Of a stretch of 64,000 nt of DNA, positions 13,688 through 27,820 are shown piece after piece (position 1 is the first letter of the stretch; each line of letters starts with the position of its first letter). Origin of the DNA: Lama guanicoe. Taxonomy: Eukaryota. The notes under the pieces are model-generated. The model was not told the DNA's origin, ran no database searches, and worked only from the letters and a program-made list of their open reading frames with translations. The stretch spans positions 8,839,367 through 8,903,366 of the forward strand of contig MU054220.1 of assembly GCA_013239625.1 (NCBI GenBank). Direction: 5' to 3'. A program made the position numbers and the translations under genes.

Positions 13688-13880
13688 AGAATAGATAAAC
13701 AAGATTATACTGTATAGCACAGGGAAATTTATACAAGATCTTATGGTAGCTCACAGAGAAAAAAATGTGACAATGAATATATATATATGTTCATGTATAA
13801 CTGAAAAATTGTGCTCTACACTGGAATTTGACACAACATTGTAAAATGATTATAAATCAATAAAAAATGTTTTAAAAAAA
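13688..13880 (+). mobile_element. 5'-truncated young L1 3' end (second subtype)
   Basis: AGAATAGATAAACAAGATTATACTGTATAGCACAGGGAAA...GTAGCTCACAG...CTCTACACTGGAATTTGACACAACATTGTAAA plus A tail; closely similar to 55174-55460. Confidence 0.9.
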
Positions 13881-14830
13881 TAACACTGTAATAAAATCTT
13901 TCAGAATATCTGCTCATAAAACTTGTTAAGTTTTCTTTTCAAAAATAAGTTGTTTAATACACAGTGGGGAGAACTGTAGACCTTTTAAGTGGGGGCACAG
14001 ATGATATCCAGAAGTCATTTATAATCTCATGTCCCAGAGAAGCCAAAACCTCTAGTTATGTTTTATATTAGATTTAACGAATACAGTCCAGTTAATTTAA
14101 GTCATTTACTCAGAAGCTGTGAAAGGCCCTCATTAGGCAACTGAGTGGGTTGTTTTATTCTAACACTTGGATAGAAAGAATCGGTCTGCCACTAGGTATA
14201 ACTGATACAGATGGTTTTGTGACTTATATGTATATCATGAATAAACAATATGTTGCTAAGACGGCTTCTTATTGATTTGAAGGCAAGAGAATGAGATGGA
14301 TTTTCTCATTTTAAGAGTATATACAAACGAAATTCAGAGAAACCACTGACAGATAAGAAGGGTCACCCAGAGGAACTGCTGATGACAAATTGTATTAAAC
14401 CTCAGGTTGCTGACCCAGTTAGGAAGGACTTCACCCTAAACGTGGAATTCGCATGGTAATTCTGGGAGGGTGGCAGAGCAGGGAGCACAAGACGTGTCTT
14501 TCTACCTAGATGAAACGTTACATGCCACAATACGTCTCACCTATTTCAGAACTCTGCTGTCTTCTGAAGGCTCCCAACTTCCAGGGAAATAATTGGATGA
14601 TAAGATGTGGTTAATTTCACTCAATTTCAGCTCTCAGTCAACTTCAGCTCTTAGAAAAGTTGTAGCTACCCACCCTCACCTCTCAGCCCCACGGCAGGCA
14701 GCTGTGTACAGGTTCCTGAAGCAGCTGAAACACAACTTGCAGAAGCTTCTTGGGTGGGCAAAAAAGACCCTGCATTCCAAATTTCAGGGACTTGCATCCT
14801 GATAGCGTATTGTTACTTCTGATCAAAGAG

Positions 14831-15770
14831 GTGTGGTTCCTCAAAAAATTAAAAATAAAAGTACCATATCATCCAGCAGACCCACTTCTGGGTCTAGTCA
14901 GCCCTTCTTGTCTGTGGGTTGTGTATTCATAGATTCAACCAACCATGGATTGAAAATATTAAGAAAAAAAAATTCCAGAAAGTTCCAGAAAACAAAATTT
15001 GAATTTGCAGCAAGCCAGCAACTATATACATAGCATTTACATTGTATTTACAACGATTTACATAGCATTTACATTGTAAGTAATCTAGAGTTGATTTAAA
15101 GTATACAGAATGATGTGTGTAGGTTATATGCAAATACTATATCATCTTATATAAGGGAATTAAGCTTCTGAGGATTTTGGCAGCCACAGGGGGTCCTGGA
15201 ACTAATGTCCCACTGATACTGAGGGACAACTGCATATACACCAAATAATTGAAAGCAAGTTCTCAAAGAGATATTTATTTGTGCATCATGTTCCTAACGG
15301 CATTATTCACAAAAGCTAAAATGTGGAAGCCACCCAAGTGTCCATCATTTGATGAATGGATAAGCAAAATGTGGTGTGTGTGTATATATATACACATATA
15401 TGTACATATATGTATGCAAAATGTGGTGGGTATATATATAAACACACCCATACACACACACCCCTACCCACACACACATACATACACACAATGGAGTATT
15501 ATTCAGCCTTAAGAAGAGAGAAGATTCTGACATATCCTACAACATGGATGAACTTTGCGGGCAAAAACTCTGATTCCACTTACACGAGGAACTTGGAGAA
15601 CAAAGCCATACAGACAGAAAGTAGAATGGTGCTTGTCAGGAGCTGGGGGAGGGGAGAGTGGCCAGTTACTGTTTAATGGGTATGGAGTTTCAGGTCTGCA
15701 CTGTAAGAAGCGTTCTGGAGATGGCTGGTGGTAACGGTTGCACAACAATATGAGCATCCTCCATGACACC
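14831..15770 (+). mobile_element. L1MB-like ORF2 C-terminus and 3' UTR, split by MER2
   Basis: Peptide MFLTALFTKAKMWKPPKCPSFDEWISKMW matches the ORF2p C-terminus; UTR block TTTAATGGGTATGGAGTTTCAG; internal TG/TA/CA low-complexity expansion at 15376-15490. Confidence 0.85.
14895..15232 (-). mobile_element. MER2-type TcMar-Tigger relic
   Basis: Ends GGGGGTCCTGGAACTAATGTCCCACTGATACTGAGGGACAACTG; internal GTAGGTTATATGCAAATACTA and GTAATCTAGAG. Confidence 0.85.
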
Positions 15771-17399
15771 TGACAATCGACCATTTCCAGGCTTGGCGAC
15801 TAAGAACTGCACTGTTTCGTTACGGCCTGCCCACCTTGGTCATCGCAAACGTCAGCGGAAAACAATGGTGGGGGGCACAATGACTGAAAGGGATTGTACT
15901 TTTGCCTGGACCTTCCATACTCCGGCTAGTCAGCTTAGTGTGAACAAGTGATCATCAAATGTAACTCCTAACAGAATCCTCTGGGGAGAAATCTTCGGGG
16001 TTAATTCACAGAGTATTTATACTGTCATTCTAGAGGGACCGGTTCTCACGTCTAGGAGAAACGTTTTAGAGGTTCCTGAAGTAGTAGAAGCCACTGAATA
16101 AGATACCAAATACCTTACAGATATTTTTGAGTGGGGCAAGACTCTCATATAAATATATTTGCTTCCATTCTAAACATGAAAGCAAGTAGAACCATATAAA
16201 TGTCAGTCAGAGAAAGTTGAACACAGTCTACTGGTTTAAGAAATACTACAAGATTACCTAATTCTTTATGACATCTATATGAACTGAATGGTTCATCTTG
16301 GTGCATAGCAAAGTATAGCTTCTTGAAAAATAAATACTTATTAATAAAAAAACCACAATCAAAGGGGCAATGAGAATGGGGGGATTTGTTTCTGAAACAT
16401 TCAGTTAAAGTTTCCCAAGGATTTATAATGACATCTACAAAGCATTCCAGAAGTTTACTTCCAACCCAGTTCAACCAGAACAACTTGAAATGGGTTCCCT
16501 ATGTTGATACTATTTTCATTAATTTAGAACAAAAAAGATGTATTTTTTGTACCATAAAAATTTCAACTGTGGTCTGCAAAAAAAGCTGTCCATCATAAAT
16601 ATGTAAAAAGTATGTGTCCATTTAGGAGAAAATCACTTATGTTAAACTAAAATAACCTTAAAACATTTTTGACCAATTCAAATTTTGTATTATTTCAGGA
16701 ATTCTGAGTTTTCTCCATCAACAAGGCTGAAGTGCCCCAGATCATATATGTAGCTACTTTTCCCTATAGCTCTCACATCTGTTCTGTTAGCAAAAGCTAA
16801 TAAATCTGTTGGAATATCTCATCTCCTCTCTGCATTTGCATCCTCTCTCCACCTAGCTCAGCCTGCTTCTCATTTATAATATTACAGATTTCAACACAAT
16901 ATGAAACAATATCTAAGTCACCACTGTGTGCCAAGCACTGGTCATGTGACAGGCAGGTCTTCTAAATGGTCTCCTTACATACATCAATTTTTTTCCTTTC
17001 AACAAATTCTGCCAAGTTCTAATCATGTAACTCCATTTATAAAAGCCTTCAACATATAACAAATTAAACAAAAACTCCTTATTTGGGCTTTTAAGGCTTT
17101 GAGCAAAATAGCTCTAAAATATTGTACAACCCCTCATTCCTCACTTCTCCATTTTATTGCTTGCTTTATTCAAACAATAAATTTCTCATTGTCACTAGAA
17201 TGTTCTAGATAGATAGATAGGTAAAACTTTATTTTTTTTCTCACAGGGATATACTCTCTTCTATTCTTCCTTGGTCTCATCTTTATGGGAAATCTCTCAA
17301 TATCCATCCTTATGCAGTATCTCCTAGGAACACTTAATGGATATCTCTTTTATGGTATTAATATTTCCCTGTTCTGTGGTTTTCCTTGAAAGTTCTGGG

Positions 17400-18345
17400 G
17401 ATGCTTCTTATTAGTGGTAAGCAACAGAAGCCTAACTCAAAGTTACTTAAGTCAAGACGGCAAGTTATTGATTTGCAGTAATAGAATAGCCAAAGGAGAC
17501 TAGATCCAGGGGTTCAGATAAAGTCAGCAGGATATGATTTTTTTCCTCCATTTCTTTCTGTCTCTTGAGTGTTTTCTTCAGTGTTGGTTGGTTTCATCCT
17601 CAGGCTTGCATCATCGATATGTTATCCCCAGCAATCACAGGATTATATAATCCTTAGAGCTAGGAAACCTAGTGGGAGGAGAGATTATTTTGTCCTAATA
17701 ATTACAAAATGTCACTGAATTGATTTGAAAGATCTGGGAATGCTGATTAGCTTATTTAGAAATTAATCACCAAATTGAAGAGAACTGAATACACTGAGAG
17801 AACAAATTTAGATCAGATGATCAATGTTGGAACTTATGGTTATTATAGTTCTATCCTAATCAGGTGGACAGAAAGTGGATGAGAATATAAATCATTCTTA
17901 CTGCCCTGACTCCGTAACTCAATGGCATAACTGTAAACATTAATCCTTCATCATCTACAGGGTTCAGCTGATCTTGACAAGGTTGATCCTGGTTCTCCAG
18001 ATCAGTGCTGCTGCACATATTTCTCATTTCCTCTTGGGACCAGTGGACTAATCAAGCAATGTCCAAGGTCCAAGAAACCAAGCCTTCCTGGGCAAGACCA
18101 CGCCAAGCTACTATCTGAATCACGTCTGCTAATATCAATCAGCCAAGCAAATGAAATGGCAGAATCAAGGAACACGAAGATTACCGTGCTTACAGTACTA
18201 GGTATGCCACAAGCATGCTACAGGAAAAGATGAAGAATTACAGCTAGAAATTCAATCTACCACAGGGAGAGATGTTCTCAGAGGAAAGTACAAGATTCTC
18301 ATTAAAACTGAAGTAAATGGATTCAGGGAAGCAAAAATAACAGTA
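17400..18345 (-). mobile_element. Nested old ERVL/MaLR LTR fragments (MLT1H-like at about 17890-18265 inside an older LTR)
   Basis: GTAAGCAACAGAAGCCTAACTCAAAG...; GGGTTCAGCTGATCTTG...CTTGGGACCAGTGGACTA...CAATCTACCACA. Confidence 0.5.
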
Positions 18346-18559
18346 GCAGAAACCATCAATTTTTATCTTACTCCTTAGTATGTTATAAGGATCTTAATGG
18401 CACAGATTATATTTAATTTGATTTTGAAAACATTGTAGTTCCTCAAAGAATATATTCATTCATTCAGTTAATATTTATCAAGTGTAAAATTTCCAATTCC
18501 TTTTTGCAACAAATACTGTAATATTTCCTACAGGGAGGCATAGAATTTTCATTTCTTGT

Positions 18560-18940
18560 TATATCAATTAGGAACATTTTCAGCTTCAATGAACAGTTTA
18601 CTTGATTAACAGTGGATTTAATCAAACAAGAGTTTTGGGGGTTTTTTAATTTAAGAATGAGGAGCTATGCAGCTGTTTTTTCAACAGTTCATTATTATCT
18701 GAGACTGCATCCTTGTGATTTTCTTTCCTTTACCATATGGGTGTAAGATGGCTACCACAGCTCCAAGCATCACATCCGCATTCATGGTAAGAAGACAAAG
18801 CGAAAGACTGGTGCCAGCTATGTCTATACCTACAGCAGAAAAAAATTTTTTTTTCCAAATTGCCCAGGATTCCTCTACCTATATTTAATGGCTAGAAGTG
18901 TGTCACCTGCTCACATTTTTGTTGCAGGAGGTACTACCCA
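18560..18940 (-). mobile_element. Old MLT1J/K-like LTR
   Basis: AACAGTGGATTTAATCAAACAAGAG...AAGATGGCTACCACAGCTCCAAGCATCACATCC...ATGGCTAGAAGTGTGTCAC. Confidence 0.6.
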
Positions 18941-19059
18941 TCTTCCCACCTGCACAAAAAGCTACATTAGACAACACTGAACATTAAATGTTATTATTAT
19001 TCAACAGGATTCATTAGTCATCAAATATGCAAGTGAATAGTGATTTTAGAGTAAAAACC

Positions 19060-19230
19060 GAGGTGTGAAAAATGGCTAATTAATAGTCCTGTGGGCTTGG
19101 AAAAGTCATTTAACTTCTCTGAGCCTCTGTTTCCTGATCACTACAATAGGAAAGATGATACACACTTTGAAGGGTTATGGTGAAAATTCAGAAAATTGGT
19201 GGGCATCACATGGCATTCAACACAACAGTG
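19060..19230 (+). mobile_element. MIR SINE
   Basis: CTTGGAAAAGTCATTTAACTTCTCTGAGCCTCTGTTTCCT core. Confidence 0.75.
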
Positions 19231-19992
19231 ATCGTCTAAAACTTATATCATTAGTATATAGCATATATATTGATAAAGATTAGTAAGTGCAGACTATTCC
19301 ATTTCACACAGAACAAGATGCTAGAGAAACAGGATTCCAATTGCGAGGATTTTTCTTCTTCTTTTGCAGAAATGATTTTAAAATTTTACCAGGCTGGGAG
19401 AAAAGAAAGAGACAACCTACATCTTTTTTCTTTTTTTTTTTCCTGAAAATCTTATATTAATATTTAAATGGTGTCTAGAATCACTTTGGCCTCCACTTTT
19501 TTAGGATCTGTTAATGATGGTGGGTTCTACAGTATTTTTAAGCTGAATATATTCAGTCTAGTTCTATTATGCAAGACAGATTAATGTAACCAAAAAGAGA
19601 GTATTATCATAGTAAAGAAAATCTTTTTTAAAAAGGTGTTTTATGCCTATTCTGAAAAATTATATGTTGTATGCTGCTTGGGAAAAAATTTCCAACATAT
19701 AAAAGTATTATAATTTTTCCTTGGGAAATCACTGGAAGTATATGTATGTAATGGGCCTCACCCTCCTACAGAAAGCTGTGGGTGGTTCAAGGGATTTTGA
19801 TGTGGCATTACTGGTAACACCATGAGTCTGCACAGTGCTTTACAGTTTACATAGCCATTTCATGTCAGATCTCATTTGATGCTTATGGAAGAGTTGGGGG
19901 ATACATAATATGCTTTTAATTTTTTTCCAATGAGAAATATAAAGTTCGGGAAGTTTAAACAACTTGTTAAAACTCACAAAAAGAGTCAGGGT

Positions 19993-20300
19993 AGATGAAG
20001 GCAGTCAAAAGGTACCAGCTTCCAGTTTTAAGGTAAATAACTACTAGGGATATAATGTACAACATGGCAAATATAATTAACACTGCTGTATGTTATATAT
20101 AAAAGATTGTTAAGAGAGTAAATCCTAAGAGTTACCATCACAAGGAAAATTTTTTTTCTATTCTTTAATTTCGTATCTATGTGAAATGATGCATGTTCGC
20201 TAAACTTATCATGATCATCATTTCGTCAAATCATTATGCTGTACACCTTAAACTCCCACAGTGTTTTATGCCAATTATATCTCAATAAAAATGGGAGAAA
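19993..20300 (+). mobile_element. L1 3' UTR (L1MA9/laurasiatherian-like), inserted in a MIR
   Basis: GTCAAAAGGTACCAGCTTCCAGTT...GAGAGTAAATCCTAAGAGTT...CTGTACACCTTAAAC...TTATATCTCAATAAA. Confidence 0.85.
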
Positions 20301-20384
20301 GATAAACAATCAGGATACAAACGAGACTAAAATCCAGGATTTTGGACCCTAACTTCAGAACCCGGAGCACCAGAGATTGCGTTA

Positions 20385-20560
20385 TTCAATCCACGATTAA
20401 CCAGCTGTGTGACTTAACAGCACTGCGCCTCAGTCTCCTCCCTGATAAAATGAGGGTTGCATCAGCACCTACTTCGTAAGGTTGCCATGAGGATTACATG
20501 AGACCACACCTTAGAGAGATAACTGGCATTTAATAAGCTGGCTTAAAAACATTAGATACT
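20385..20560 (+). mobile_element. MIR SINE
   Basis: CCAGCTGTGTGACTT...GCCTCAGTCTCCTCCCTGATAAAATGAGG...TGAGGATTACATGAG. Confidence 0.75.
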
Positions 20561-22234
20561 ATGTTTACCAGCATCCTCAGTGTGTTTCACTTTCTAGTAT
20601 CATCTAAGTAGCACAGAGAGTTAAAGTAGAAACGATCTGAAGGTTTCCAATAAGCTAGATATATATGGTGTCAAACTAACTCACTGGTAGTTGGTTGGAT
20701 ATCCTGGGAGTCATCAAATCCTGTGGACTCACTGGAGAGTTGCTGCTCTCAAGGTCAAAGCGTATACTGGGAAACTCAAGTGTAAGGCCACATTGCTAGT
20801 ATCTAAGTCTCAGGTAGCAGATGGCTTTCTTCCTGGTAGATTTCCTCCCAGTTTGCCTCCAGTAACAGAGAAATCTGAAATCTCCCTTAACGTTCCTCCT
20901 TTATTCTATCAGGGCTGATTCTGCTTAAGGATCCTACTTGTTCTGGTGTTTAGCTCAAGCAAATGATTTTGCATAACATAATCTCAAAATTGGAACCACA
21001 TTTCTTATTAAACAAAGAGGAAAATCTATTTACTTGAATAATTTGTTGAGCCAAGGATGGCATTAGGTACTCATTCTACAAAGATGAACCCGGAGAGTTC
21101 CATTTCTTAGGAAATTGTATAGAGTAAGTGGAGGCACGCATGAAAAGAAGGATGTTCCATGCAATTTCATGAGCGCTATAATGAAATGTGTGGAAATGTT
21201 GGTGACTACAGATGGAGTGACCAGCAGCCTGGAGAGAGTGGGTCGAGTGTTCAGGTTACAGGAGTCACAGATTGGCAGCTGTTGGTTAAGTCAAGCCACA
21301 GGCAGATCAGATGGAATCTGAATAACTTAAACAGGCATAAACTCTCCATGTAAGTTTCTGCAAATTTGACTTTTACTTTCAACAAAATGTGATAACAAAT
21401 GTGCATACACCTAACAGTCCTTATCATGGAGCAGACAAGCAGTACACATAGCTTAAATATAAGATAGGAAGTTCCCAAAAGCTATCGAAGTGCAAAGATA
21501 ATTGCTCAGTGGGAGATATATACGAAAGCATAGATGAATTCCATTTGAAGTTAGAAATGACGTCTTCATAAACAAGCGATCACCAGATGCAATACATGTC
21601 TTAATATTTCTTGTAGATATGCAATGTAAAGATAACAGGCATGAAGGATTCTCCCTAAACAGTTCAAAGCATGATCATTTCTATGAGAATCACCCTTACC
21701 GTATGCAGGGCCCTGGACGAAAAAGGTTTTTCCAGGGCCCCATTGCTCTATGTACAATTTGATTTTTAAAATTATTCCAAAATATATTGGCCCATGTGAG
21801 GTTAAGCATCTATCAACGAATATTTGGAAAAACTGGTAGAGAAGATGTGCTAACATATCTGTTTATCACCTTACTAAGTGCTTGAGAAGATTCTTTACAG
21901 ATTCTCCGCACCATCTCTTTTTTTTTCAGAGCCAGGAACCATCTTTTGTGCACTTTATCATCATGTGCATTATTATTCCCAGATAATTTTAAATCTGTCA
22001 CTATAAAAATGTAAATTTAAAAAATCTACAATAAAGATACTAAACATTGGGTTAAACAAAGTTAGGAATGCTTCTTTAAGGGTGGGATTCCCTATGCGCG
22101 TTTCATTCAGCGTCCTTGGAGTTCTCTAGAAGGCAGTATATCCTCAGAAGTTATCTGCTACATGGTAGATTACTCAATAATGTGTTTAAATAAACACAAA
22201 GTAAAGCAATAAAGGAATGAAAAAGCATCCAGAC

Positions 22235-22460
22235 TGTTGGTATAGTGGGTGATGAAGAGCTCGAGCCTGGGGATTATAGTATCTGGGCACAATTCCAGCT
22301 CCAGTCTTACCAGACATGTGCCAATGGTACTAAATTTCTCTGTGCCTCAGTTTCCTCATTTTAAAAATGAAGGTAATAATCCAAGTGTCACGGGTGCTGT
22401 GATGAAATTATGGATAATCGAGCACATGCCTGGTCCATGGTAGAGAGTCAATATATTTTC
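22235..22460 (+). mobile_element. MIR SINE
   Basis: TCTCTGTGCCTCAGTTTCCTCATTTTAAAAATG core. Confidence 0.8.
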
Positions 22461-25400
22461 CTGACATCATTCCCCTTATGAGAATGTTGTATGGACAAAG
22501 ATTGTATGAAATGGGTAAGCACTTTGTAAAAGGCTGGTACACATAAAGTGCTCAAAGATGTGAGTGATTATTGCCACCTCTTCTTCTGTCCCTCCATTCA
22601 ATGTGGACATGTTTTCAACAAAGAATGATACAAGTTCAGTCTGAACATCTCTGTTTATTAGAAATTTCACTCCCTTTATTGTTTCTTGTATCAGTTTTTG
22701 AAATCTAGCCTTTTTCTAGTTTTGTTTGTCATTGTTTCTAAATACAGATTTTTGGAGGAACAGTAGTCTCTCGGACAAGCTGATGATCACTATTTCTATT
22801 TTTTTTTTCTGCTAGAGTTCAAAATACCTGGCATGCACACCAGTGTATGTAGCAGTATATGCACTCTCAGGAAGCCCACAAGAAATTAAGAGGGCAGATT
22901 TCCCGAGTTAACTAAAGAATACACCACCCCGCCCCTGAAAGCTGGAGCGTTACATAGATGGCTTTAGGTGACTAAAACATTTCTCCCATATTTGGCTAAT
23001 ATCTATAGAGCAAAAAATGTTCTTATGAAAAAATAAACTGGAAAACTTCTGTAAGGTCTCTTTCTTTTTAAGGTCCTCCACATTTTTTAAAGGAAGTCAT
23101 CCTAACCTTACCTCTAACATTCACATATCTCCTTACAATGACTGAGTTAATACAAAACTGAACCAAATTGAGAGTTTATCCCCTATCTCTTCGATGATTC
23201 TTCATATCTTGTTTCTTATGGTCAAAATTTTAGAAACTTGTGATAAAATTCAAAAAATTAAATTTCATTCCAATTCACAAAGTTTCACACATGTGTATGA
23301 TGTTATTCACATGGTTCTATGGGAGAAGATGTGTACAGGTTCTTATTTTATGCACTGGAGGTTCAAAGCTGAAGAATTATTTTATGGATTAATCACTTGC
23401 TTGAGACAAATCCTCATACTGAATTCCAACTCATGGTCCTACCAGACAGATGGTTCTCATTGTTATCACTTCATCAAATGATTTTCAAACCATCTTATTT
23501 CTTTTTCCGGTAACTCTCAAGATTGAGAGACAACCTGGTTGACAGTTTCCTTAGTGGTGAATTCTTATTATTTCTATTAGAAATCATTTGAGGGCAGGAA
23601 GAGGGGAATCATTTAGTATATTGTGGGATGGAATTTCACACGCATTTAAAAAGAACTGTTTTCATCAACCACAAAAATAAATCTATACAGGTATGTAAAT
23701 GTGTCAAAGGCATGCCTCATTCCATGTACACACCGTACAAAATGAAGGTACTATTGTTAAAAGGGCCAGAAGGTTACCTGCCCTTCTGCACTCGGTGTGA
23801 TATGGAGCAATAAGGGCCCAGACTTCATGCAAGGCCAGAATCACCCCGTGCCATTGAAAGTGACTAAGGTTCCCCATAGTTTGACAACTTTAGATAGGTT
23901 TCTCACTGATGACGGGTCCCTGACTTCTCTTGTCTTAGAACATTTATTTGAGAAAACTTGAGATTATAGGTTCTTTCTCTGCCTCTAAAAGTGGGCAGAA
24001 AACAAAAACAGAATCCAAGAAAGAACTGAGAAAAGCATTTTCTCCCCAGCTTTCTAGAACTGAGTTGCAGTAAAGAGGATGTCTCCCTCAGAGATATCTT
24101 TCTTTGGTGATACATTTTTCAAGTTAGTGTAATTGGTCATCTTTTGCAGTGCAATTATATAGTAAGAGAACATCTATCTAATCAAGCCCCGGAAATTAAG
24201 TGTAAATATTGATATTATGAATATTTCTTTTCATATATGATCCATATCTTTCACAAAATGTTTGAAGGCGTTCATTAAAGAACCACTGATTCAAAGCAGA
24301 CCTGCTTGTTAGTATAGCAAATACATGTTTACAGCATCTCCATGTACATAATCACATTTGATGATTCTGCAAAATTTGTGAAACAGTACAGATAGAGCAA
24401 CTGCATTTTAAGGAAAGATAATAACAAACTATAAAACAAATAAAATTAAAGGTGACTTATTTACAGACAGAAGCTAGTTTGTGGCAGAATCAAATAAACA
24501 TCAAAGTTCTATTCCCAAATTATTTATACTGTTCTGTATTATTGTTTATCATTAAGGATTTCAAATACCTGCAGAACACATAGTGGTATGGGGTTGAAAA
24601 TCTACATTTTTATCAGAGTACAAATCAGATGAAATTCTAACTACATTTGCTGTGGGCAAATGGCAAAGTCTTTCAATGATTTCAGAGGCTGCCAATTTGG
24701 AACAATTAGATTGCTGCTCATTTAATCTTCTATGATACCTTTAAAATAGATAAGAGTGTGTCTTTCACATGAAGTAACCACACCTTGGCCAACATCTTGG
24801 ATACATGGAAAGGTGCCTAGGGCACAAATCCATCTAAGGATTTCCTTCTCCTGTGTTGATAAATTAGGCGGCACTGTTTTTTAGGGACAGTGAACACAGT
24901 AGGAGGAATTCCAAACAGCAGAACTGGAGGCTCAGATCATAGTTCTGCCCATTGTTCCCTTTAAAAAGTCTCTTCAATCACTCCTATTTTTAGCTTTATA
25001 AACCCCTTTGTAATGTTGTAGTTTCCTATTCTATAGTAAGAGGAATTTCATGAGAATTAATGAAAAGATCAATGTGGCTCTAGGCTTTGGAACATACCCA
25101 GGAATGGTGTTCATTCTCATCCCAGAATCAGAGCATGTGCCCTTTACAGGATGGGATCTCCAACTGAGCCCTTACAAACACATTGAGGCAAGAACAAGAA
25201 CTTCAAAACCAATGCTGTACTTAATTTTAGATAGTGCAATATTAGCTAAAACATATTTATTAATAGAGTTGTATGCTAAAATGCTGCACTAGGTTTAATG
25301 GGAATCATTTCAAGAGGATAAAGTAGTGGTAACAATCTAAACTGACTGCTTACCACTGATCACTTCAATCAAAGGTTAATGTCACTGTCAGGTTTGACTA

Positions 25401-27439
25401 AAGCAAAAGGAAGAAAGGTGGGGTGGAGAGAAAATCAACAGGAAGACAGGATGGCGAAAAGTGAACATTTCCCATCAGTGTTGGAAATCAAAGATCATCA
25501 GTTGATCTGTTTGAGAAAATCAGAGACAAAACCGACTATGACTTTATTTGCACTCTTACTTGTCCCCCCTGCTCATGTCTCAACCTCCAAGACACACATT
25601 TGAGGAGAGGATGAGATCCAGGGTTACGTGATGGGGAGAAGGTATGGCTCAGGTATCAGAGGTAATGGCAGATGAAAATAGTTTTGGTTTTGAAAGGACA
25701 GCTTCAGAAAAATGAGTTAACAGTGACTATAATTAACACTGACCAAGGGTTTTGGTAAGCGGCAGGCTGATTACACTCATCAGGTTGTTTCTTTCTCACA
25801 ATTGCCCTATGAGATAGATATGGCCATGGACCCCTTTTTCCGTGTGAATGTACAAAGTTCAACAAATATCACTCGTTTATTCATAAAATTTATTAAATGG
25901 ATAGGAGAAAAATCCAAACGAGGCCTTTTCAAATCTAGAGCTTGGAATAGTAAGCCCAATGCTGCAACAATACATTTTGGGTATGACTGAAGTCTATGAA
26001 GAAGATAGTGCTTTTAAAGAGTTTAATATGATTGTCCAATGGTGGCTGTTTTCTAAGAATGAATATATGTTTAGAAGCTTTAATTCTCTTTGATCTTCAA
26101 ACTTTCATTACTTTTTTCCTGATTACATAAGTAATACAGGCTTATCATAGCAGACATCCCAGAAATGTCTTCTATTGAAAATAGACGTTTTCAGTAATCC
26201 TTAATCACTGAAAATATTCACCTCTACCTGAAGGCTAAGTATTTCTCCTGAAACTTTTGGAAGCAGATGCACCTACAGAGTTTGGGGGGCTAATTTAGAG
26301 TTCAGAAAAGTAAGATGATAAGACATCATACTTGATGAAATATTAGTGTGGACTCGGGCACCACCCTATTATCTATTATAGCAATATTTTTTCAGCAAAT
26401 CATGTGTACATTTGCAATAATTAGAAAAAAACAGCAACTCAACTCACCTCATGTCAATTTAGGTCAAAATTTGCTGCCAGCTAAGGTCAAAATCGATTAG
26501 GTTTTGTCACCAAATATATTACGAAAAAGATTTAGAGCTCTGTATTTTTCAGAATTGCAGATAAGTGATTATAGACATGCATTGTACATGTTTTTTCCCC
26601 TATAACTTGATCTTTTTCACTTAATCACCTTTATTAAGATACATTTTTGTGTGATTACATAGAGGCCCACATTACTTATTTTAATAGCTGCATATTATTC
26701 TATTTTATGGATGTACCATAGTTTATTGCTGGTGATAAAAATTAATTTTGGTTATTTGTCAAACTAATTTTGACCTCTTTCCTCTTTCACATGGCTGTCA
26801 TCACCTGTCATGAACTGAATGGCCCGTGATTCAAATTCCTTTTATTAGGCCACTTTTCTGGACATGCTTCTTGTATAATAATTCAAAAATGAATATTCAT
26901 CCTAAAGTGCTACATGATTTCACATCTTTGTGGCCAAAATGCAAGCCATTTTATTAAAGAGTGCAATATACTACAAAAACTTAAAAACAGGGGATCTTGG
27001 ATATTGACTGATTTTCTTTCTAGCCTAAAATAGGCATGTGTCTTTGGGCAACTTTTTAGTCTATCTGGGAATAAATGAATTCATCTTTAAAATGGCACAG
27101 GTTGAAATAAATGGTTTCTGAAAGTGTCTGACCATAATGCAATGCTTTCCAAACATTTTCATAATATAGGGCACAGAGAAAACAATATTTTATCTTTGAG
27201 GCATTTTGGGATAAAAAGTAGCCAACCAGCTTGATTGCTCTACCTGCCCCAGGACCCATATGGACACCCTAAAGATTTACAGATGCCTGTATTAATTATG
27301 TAATACTTATAAAGTATTGATGAAATCTAAGGACTGTCATGCAAATGATCTCACTATTGGAGCCAAGTTATAGGCTTCTAGAATCAAACAGCTTTTTACT
27401 TTCCCAGGAGTATGTGATCTTTGAAAGCTGATTTTTCAA

Positions 27440-27820
27440 ACTAGGGCATTTGGACCTGAAGTAGGTAGAACAAAAGTCTATGGTGGTTCAACAAACTTGT
27501 TTGGTATCTAGGCTTTTCCTGTCATCTTGCTGTATCATCCTCAATTTATCACTTTACCATGTTGTCTAAGATGTTCCACTTTTAGCTACTTTGCCCAAAC
27601 TCCAGCCAGAAGAAGGCAAAGAGTGGAGAAAGGGTATATCTATTTCCTTTAAAGGGTACATTTCAGAATTCACAAATGAAAGTTCTTCTTACATTTCATT
27701 AGTTAGAAGTTATCTATGACCATACTTTACAAGAAAGGCAAGGAAATGCAGTCTTTATTCCACATGGCCATGTGCCCAGATGAAGTTTACAGATTCTATT
27801 TTTAAGAAAACTGGGAGAGC
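27440..27820 (-). mobile_element. Old MLT1 LTR fragment
   Basis: CTTACATTTCATTAGTTAGAAGTT...GGAAATGCAGTCTTTATTC...GGCCATGTGCCCAG. Confidence 0.55.

Noticed and set aside
21700..21745. GGGCCCTGGA...TCCAGGGCCC hairpin
   Set aside because: Probably the subterminal region of an old hAT relic; too short to call
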